DNA of 64,000 nt from Desulfurococcaceae archaeon (GTDB lineage Archaea > Thermoproteota > Thermoprotei_A > Sulfolobales > Desulfurococcaceae). The notes below the pieces were generated by a model. That model did not search any database, was not told the DNA's origin, and saw only the letters and a program-made list of their open reading frames with translations. The number at the start of each line of letters is the position of its first letter. Within the stretch, counting starts at the first letter, position 1. Below are positions 58,829-64,000 of the stretch, piece after piece. A program made the position numbers and the translations under genes. The stretch covers positions 32,001 to 96,000 of the forward strand of contig JAWAJB010000003.1 in the NCBI GenBank assembly GCA_038888155.1. Reading direction: 5' to 3'.

Positions 58829-59812
58829 ATGAGAACTGGCAAGCTGGACTGGAAATTCATGTCTGAGATAATTTCGTACCTCCCCCTAGATGACGTAGAC
58901 GTTGTACTCGGTCCATCTCAGGGCGAGGACGCAGCCGTAGTGAGGATCCGCGATGGATTTCTGGTCGCGCACTCGGATCCAATAACAACTGGAGTGAAGC
59001 GCTCAGGTTACCTAGCGGTGCACGTAGCTAGCAACGATATAGCCGTAAGGGGCGTTAAGCCAAAGTGGTTTCTGCCGGTAATTTTGCTGCCGAGCGGTTT
59101 CAGCGAGAGCGCTGTAAAGGAGCTCTTCCGGGACATGGCCTTAGCCATGAGGGAAGTAGAAGGAGTTGCTATCGGGGGACACACTGAGGTTACCCCAGGC
59201 ATAACTAGGCCGATAATTAACATGACTGTCTTAGGCTTTACGCGCACTAGGGTGATCCTGACTCGCGACGCCAAAGTGGGGGATTACGTGTATGTTGTCG
59301 GCAGGGTAGGCGGCGAAGGCGCTGGAATAATTGCGTGGGATTTAGAGGAAACCTTGCTCCAGAAAAAAGTTGATAGAGAGATGATAGAGAAAGCTAAGCA
59401 GTACATATACGAAATAGGTGTAACTAGCGTAGCGCTTAGAATCAAGGACTACGTTAACTCTATGCACGACGCAACTGAAGGGGGCGTGCTGCAGGCTATC
59501 CGCGAACTAGCTGTTGCCAGTCGGGGTTGCATTAAAGTGCACCGCGACAGGATCAGATTAGAGAGTACTGTGGAGGCCATAACAAGAGCTGTCGGCGTAA
59601 ATCCATTGAAGTTGTTAAGCAGTGGATGCCTAGTAGCTACAGTACCTCCTGCCGCTAAAAAAGACTTTGAATGCGCGTTAGAGGATCTAAAGAGGCCGTA
59701 CACACTAGTTGGAGAGGTAATGGAGGGATCCGGTGAGCTCATTTTGTTGGACGGCACAGGGCACGAGATAATAAGGGATGATATAGTTGATGAAATATAT
59801 AAGTTGTGGTAG
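58829..59812 (+). CDS. AIR-synthase-related (HypE-like) protein
   Basis: GEDAA, DPIT, NDIA, GGHTE, MHDATEGG, SSG. Confidence 0.9.
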   Translation: MRTGKLDWKFMSEIISYLPLDDVDVVLGPSQGEDAAVVRIRDGFLVAHSDPITTGVKRSGYLAVHVASNDIAVRGVKPKWFLPVILLPSGFSESAVKELFRDMALAMREVEGVAIGGHTEVTPGITRPIINMTVLGFTRTRVILTRDAKVGDYVYVVGRVGGEGAGIIAWDLEETLLQKKVDREMIEKAKQYIYEIGVTSVALRIKDYVNSMHDATEGGVLQAIRELAVASRGCIKVHRDRIRLESTVEAITRAVGVNPLKLLSSGCLVATVPPAAKKDFECALEDLKRPYTLVGEVMEGSGELILLDGTGHEIIRDDIVDEIYKLW

Positions 59813-59840
59813 AGATTGAAGAACATCTCGGTGAGCGAAT

Positions 59841-60374
59841 TTGCCTACAACATCTCAAGGCCTAGAGGTAGGGGCAAAGCTACTTAAGAACGCTGCGCTA
59901 AACATTGAGAGCTACGTGCTCAAGTCCCCAAAGGGCAAGCTCGACGAAAAGACCCTAAGCGTTGTTTCAAGGCTTAAGGAGCTTTTAGAGAGACTAGCAA
60001 ACGCCCTCGAGGCTGTAGCCAAGGCGGTCGGCTCAACGGATCGCGATATTGTAGCTTTATCTCAGTACACTTATGTCTACAGGACAAACAGCCGGGTAGT
60101 ATTAACTAGGAATAAGCCCGAGTACGTAGCCCTATCTTACGATGCACAGGACAACGCCGTTTCGCTAAAGGTGAGAGACACAAACTTGACTTTATCGCAG
60201 AAATCTATATCTGTGTCTTACAGGGGCATATCTGCTACCGTAGATGCTTATAGCGCAGATCAATTGAAGGAGAGAAGAGACGAGCTTAGAGTTGCGCTAA
60301 ACGCACTAGAGAGAACTGCCTACGGGAGACTTATACCATTTCTAGAGCAAAAGGTAATTAAAAAGGCACTCTAA
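59841..60374 (+). CDS. Hypothetical protein
   Basis: GGTGA RBS; 177 aa. Confidence 0.7.
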   Translation: MPTTSQGLEVGAKLLKNAALNIESYVLKSPKGKLDEKTLSVVSRLKELLERLANALEAVAKAVGSTDRDIVALSQYTYVYRTNSRVVLTRNKPEYVALSYDAQDNAVSLKVRDTNLTLSQKSISVSYRGISATVDAYSADQLKERRDELRVALNALERTAYGRLIPFLEQKVIKKAL

Positions 60375-60450
60375 AAGCGCTTGATGAAGCACAATGCACT
60401 ACTCTAGTGAAAAAACATAATGTCGACACAGTCCCTTATTCTTGCTGCAC

Positions 60451-61089
60451 TTAAACACTGCTCTTTGCCTGCTCTGCCTCCGGTATTGATATGCCCTTGG
60501 GGAGCTCTGCAAACTTCTCCCGCATCTTCTGCTCGGCCACAATTTTAGCTTCTTCTAATACCTTCTTTGCCTCCCCATCTAAGCCTACGCCAGTGTCAAC
60601 TGTTAAGTCTACAATTCCGCTTCCTATAGCAGACTCAAGCTCTCTCGTGGCCACCTGCAGGTCTATCCACACGTCAGGCGCCACATTTTTGACTATACCG
60701 AGAGCCTCCCTCATTATGCCTAACACGGGCGCTACTTCGTTGACAGCACCGCCGTAAATTATGAACGTCTCTAGCTTTAGCGCAGCGTGCTCGAGCGCGT
60801 ACTGAACTGTTAGTAGCTGTTTGCTGATCTTCCTGATCTCGGCAACTTCCTTAGCGTACATCCTCGCCCTTACTTCATCTTTTTTGATCATAGCGTCTAC
60901 AATATTCTCAAACAGCGACTTATCTCTCTCAGAGAGCTTCTCAATGTAGTTCCCTATTCTGCCCATAGCAGTTTTTAGCCTGTACTGAGCAATTATAGCT
61001 CTCTTCTCTAGGGACTCCTGCTCGTTTGTGAAAATTTTCTTTATCTTATCACCAATTGTCTCCTCTCTCTTAAGGCCACTCCACGTCAT
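60451..61089 (-). CDS. cdvB: ESCRT-III cell division protein, CdvB1/B2-type
   Basis: RDKSLFE, RARMYAKEVAEIRK, LE...LKLET, EAKKVLEEA. Confidence 0.9.
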   Translation of the reverse strand: MTWSGLKREETIGDKIKKIFTNEQESLEKRAIIAQYRLKTAMGRIGNYIEKLSERDKSLFENIVDAMIKKDEVRARMYAKEVAEIRKISKQLLTVQYALEHAALKLETFIIYGGAVNEVAPVLGIMREALGIVKNVAPDVWIDLQVATRELESAIGSGIVDLTVDTGVGLDGEAKKVLEEAKIVAEQKMREKFAELPKGISIPEAEQAKSSV

Positions 61090-61177
61090 ATTACACGCCT
61101 CCAGCCCGGTAATGCTGAAAGATAGCTTTTAAAGCCCTAGGAGTATCTTGTCTTAAGTAGATGCGCTCAGGTGCATA

Positions 61178-61459
61178 TTGTTGAGCCTTGATCAATACAT
61201 TGTTTGCTCTGAGAGCTGCTCATTAAGGTACTTGGAGTCGTTAGCAATGGTAGGTCTTGCCTCAGGGGCGCGAGTAGAGCAGTGCGACAACGCCGGCTTT
61301 GCAAAATTACTCCTAGAGCTTTTCAACGGGTTCACTGTTTCCTCTTCCTGCTCACTAAAGCAAGAGGTCGAGCAGTCCTTAAAGATAGTGAAGACGTATA
61401 TCGAGTTCGCCAGTAGAAGTGGAGCGCTCGGAAAGCTCAAGGTTATAGAGGCGCCCTAA
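61178..61459 (+). CDS. Hypothetical protein
   Basis: AGGTG RBS before TTG; 93 aa. Confidence 0.5.
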   Translation: MLSLDQYIVCSESCSLRYLESLAMVGLASGARVEQCDNAGFAKLLLELFNGFTVSSSCSLKQEVEQSLKIVKTYIEFASRSGALGKLKVIEAP

Positions 61460-61512
61460 AGTTAGCTCTGCTATAAAGTATAATAGTGTCAAAGCTCTTG
61501 AATTAAACTGTA

Positions 61513-61560
61513 GTGATGAGCGGTATTACCAGTGATTAGTGAACGAACCTGACGCGCTGA
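61513..61560 (+). ncRNA. C/D box sRNA
   Basis: GTGATGA-gcggtattacca-GTGA ... acctgacgcg-CTGA; TATA-like sequence upstream. Confidence 0.75.
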
Positions 61561-61738
61561 TTCTGCTCCCCGCTCCCGCCTAGTGGCTGATGCATTTTGA
61601 GGCGAATGGGGGCAGAGCGAGCTCAGGGGATCAAGAGGTTACCCCCTAAAGCAAGTTTTCCCCGTAATGTCAACCCGCCGAACAAGGAAGTGCTACTCTT
61701 TGTTACTAGCAAAATGATGTGCACTAAGCGCACTTAGC

Positions 61739-62353
61739 TCACTTAAAGCCAGCTTCCGCAGTTCCTCTAACTGCTTTCTCCACTGCTCTAGCTCCCGAGA
61801 AGTCAACTCCTATGCTTATATTTACATGATGTTTTAATGCCTCCATTTGATCAATCGAGTCCCTATTAAGCACTGCGATAACCCCAGTAGCATCTAAAGA
61901 GAGTGGAAGGGAACCCAAGTTCAACAAGTACAAGCCTATTTCCATGGCGATCCTCACCCTGCGCGCAATATCTACTAGGATATCCGTCTCAGGCTTCCCT
62001 ATTGGGGTGAAATAACCTATGAAGTACTCCTTCTCTGCCCCCTCCTCGTAATAAAAATCCGCTTTGTTGGCGAGCTTAGAGAACTTGATAGCAGTGTAAA
62101 TAGGGTTTTCGTGCGTAATTGAGGCGACGAGTATTTTCACGGATGGGTATTTACTGCTCAATTGGCTGTACAAATTGTAGTGAAGTTCTCTGCCGAGCCC
62201 GTTAGATAGTATGAGATAAGTATTTCGCGTTATATGGTATAGGGGGTAGCTAGGTGCTACGAGCTGCTTAATTCGATCGTGCAGATCTTTAGGCTCGTCA
62301 TTAGCCGCTTGTTCAAAGCCGCCGTTAAAAGCTATAAACGTGAACCTGCTCAT
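61739..62353 (-). CDS. Hypothetical protein, possibly a degenerate GTP cyclohydrolase III-like
   Basis: Weak resemblance (LILSNG, ENP..A, ISIG..S..RA); catalytic motifs not evident. Confidence 0.4.
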   Translation of the reverse strand: MSRFTFIAFNGGFEQAANDEPKDLHDRIKQLVAPSYPLYHITRNTYLILSNGLGRELHYNLYSQLSSKYPSVKILVASITHENPIYTAIKFSKLANKADFYYEEGAEKEYFIGYFTPIGKPETDILVDIARRVRIAMEIGLYLLNLGSLPLSLDATGVIAVLNRDSIDQMEALKHHVNISIGVDFSGARAVEKAVRGTAEAGFK

Positions 62354-62424
62354 AGAGACTCCAACTAAAATATATTCTTGTGAGAAGCATATTAACTAGT
62401 GAAGTACTAGCTAACGTGATTTCG

Positions 62425-64000
62425 ATGGGCGGTATATTCGCTGTAGTATGTCGGGAAGCAATACCTAGAGGAGTTATATACGAAGGCCTCAGGCGCCTAA
62501 TATACAGGGGTTACGATGGCGCAGGAGTAGCTTTTCTGCGCGAAAAAGACATAGAGGTGAGGAAAGCGCCAGGACACTTTTTAAATGTCTCAAAACAAGT
62601 AGACTTCGTAAATATAGATTCCTCTATCGCGGTTGGGCACACTAGGTATGCTAGTCGCGGGTGGCCCGTGCACGAAAACACCCACCCTCTCCAGGATTGC
62701 AGTGGAAAGATAGCTGTCGTAGGGGACGGCATAGTAGATAATTACGAGGAAGTTAAACTCGAGCTCGAGAAGAAAGCTCACGCATTTAAGTCGAGAACGG
62801 ACACAGAGGTATCTGCCCACCTTTTCGAGGAGTACATAGAGGCTGGAATGAATCCAGTGGATGCCTTGATTCAGGTAGCAGTTAAGCTTACTGGGAACTA
62901 CGCACTGGTGCTCTTAAAGGCCCCCGATAAATCGCTCTACATCATACAGCACGGCCAGCCGCTCATCATAGCTTACAACCAGGACAGAAGCTGCGTGTAC
63001 GTTTCAAGCGATCTCCCGTCTCTGTACGGATACGCTGAAGTTGCCTACATTACCGAGGATAACACAGTAGGGGCTGTATCCCTGGACTCAGTGAATTTAC
63101 TTAACGCTATGACTCGAACACCAGTTGATTTAAACGCGCTACAATCTAAGCGCTTAAAGTACAGCGTTGAATACATTGAGAAAGGGGGCTACCCCCATTT
63201 TATGATCAAGGAAATACACGAGGTTCCTGATGGACTTGTTGGGGCTACGCTTGCTGTAATGGAGAAGTACCTCCGCTTAGCCTCAATGATTATTCACGGC
63301 GCAAAGAGAGTGTTTGTAATAGGCACAGGCACGAGCTTGAACGCTGCGCTTACAGCTACTTATTACTTCGGCGAGCTTGCAGGCATAGGTATAGCCCCTG
63401 TTTCAGCCGCTGAGTTCCCCTACTCTACTTTGGAGAGCGTAGAGACTGGTACAGTAATTTTAGCTATAAGCCAAAGCGGTGAAACTTCAGACGTCATAAC
63501 CAGCGTTAAAATGGCTAAGCAGCGGGGCGCTGTAATTATTGGCGTTACCAATAATGTAGGCTCAAGGTTAGCGCTCGAGTCAAACGTGTATTTACCCGTT
63601 GGCGCAGGGCCAGAAATGGCTGTACCAGCCACTAAGACATACACATCTACTCTCGCAGTTTTGCTAATACTATCTTCTTACACTGGAATATTTACCGGAA
63701 GGCGATCTCCACAAGAACACAGGGACCTCATCGAGGAAATAAGGAATTACAGCAGGATGCTTAAGGAGAGGATACCTCACATTGAACATTATGCGTCGAG
63801 GTTTGCAGATAGCATTAAAGAGGCGTCCAGCACGTACGTAGTAAGTAGCGGTATAACTTACCCAGTTGCTGTTGAAGGCGCACTGAAGCTCAAAGAAGCT
63901 GCGCTCGTACATGCTGAGGGAATGCAGCTTGGAGAACTAAGGCACGGCCCGCTGTCGATTATCATGCCTGGTTTCCCCGTCATCCTAATAGAGCCCTTTG
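62425..64000 (+). CDS. glmS: GlmS-like glutamine-fructose-6-P aminotransferase lacking Cys1 (runs off window end)
   Basis: YRGYDG, GHTR, HPL.DC, KGGYPHFMIKEIHE, SQSGET, EGALKLKE, GELRHGP; missing from track because no stop lies in the window. Confidence 0.9.
   Translation, partial: MGGIFAVVCREAIPRGVIYEGLRRLIYRGYDGAGVAFLREKDIEVRKAPGHFLNVSKQVDFVNIDSSIAVGHTRYASRGWPVHENTHPLQDCSGKIAVVGDGIVDNYEEVKLELEKKAHAFKSRTDTEVSAHLFEEYIEAGMNPVDALIQVAVKLTGNYALVLLKAPDKSLYIIQHGQPLIIAYNQDRSCVYVSSDLPSLYGYAEVAYITEDNTVGAVSLDSVNLLNAMTRTPVDLNALQSKRLKYSVEYIEKGGYPHFMIKEIHEVPDGLVGATLAVMEKYLRLASMIIHGAKRVFVIGTGTSLNAALTATYYFGELAGIGIAPVSAAEFPYSTLESVETGTVILAISQSGETSDVITSVKMAKQRGAVIIGVTNNVGSRLALESNVYLPVGAGPEMAVPATKTYTSTLAVLLILSSYTGIFTGRRSPQEHRDLIEEIRNYSRMLKERIPHIEHYASRFADSIKEASSTYVVSSGITYPVAVEGALKLKEAALVHAEGMQLGELRHGPLSIIMPGFPVILIEPF

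Noticed and set aside
848-63912. Numerous antisense and overlapping ORFs in the track
   Set aside because: Shadows of well-supported genes on the opposite strand or in another frame
1-64000. CRISPR array, transposase, integrase or rRNA
   Set aside because: No regularly spaced repeats or recognisable motifs seen by eye

Overview
Chromosomal window from a crenarchaeon, probably Desulfurococcales (inferred from Rpo13, L38e, Elf1, a CdvB paralogue, intron-containing cbf5 and BHB tRNA introns). About 8.7-26.8 kb is the S10/spc ribosomal super-operon (L3 to secY, cmk, L14e, cbf5). The right half holds core genes (Lhr, Rpo13, PCNA, GGGP synthase, RadA, ThrRS, Topo VI, FeoAB-DtxR, PhoU, CdvB, GlmS-like), several tRNAs and several C/D box guide RNAs. 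The first 8.6 kb, next to the 3' end of tRNA-Ser, is accessory and is the best candidate for a new system. It has a SipW-type peptidase operon encoding a TasA/AbpA-like pilin and a 713-aa membrane protein with an internal copy of the pilin cleavage motif and a split pilin domain. Transcribed divergently are a single-cyclin TFB-like regulator and a KaiC-family ATPase. Other notable items: a 22-nt BHB intron in the cbf5 catalytic Asp codon, two GC-rich promoter-linked hairpin RNA candidates, an unannotated 37-aa basic ORF ahead of the ribosomal cluster, and a GlmS lacking its catalytic Cys1. All family calls come from motif recognition by eye; no database search was run.
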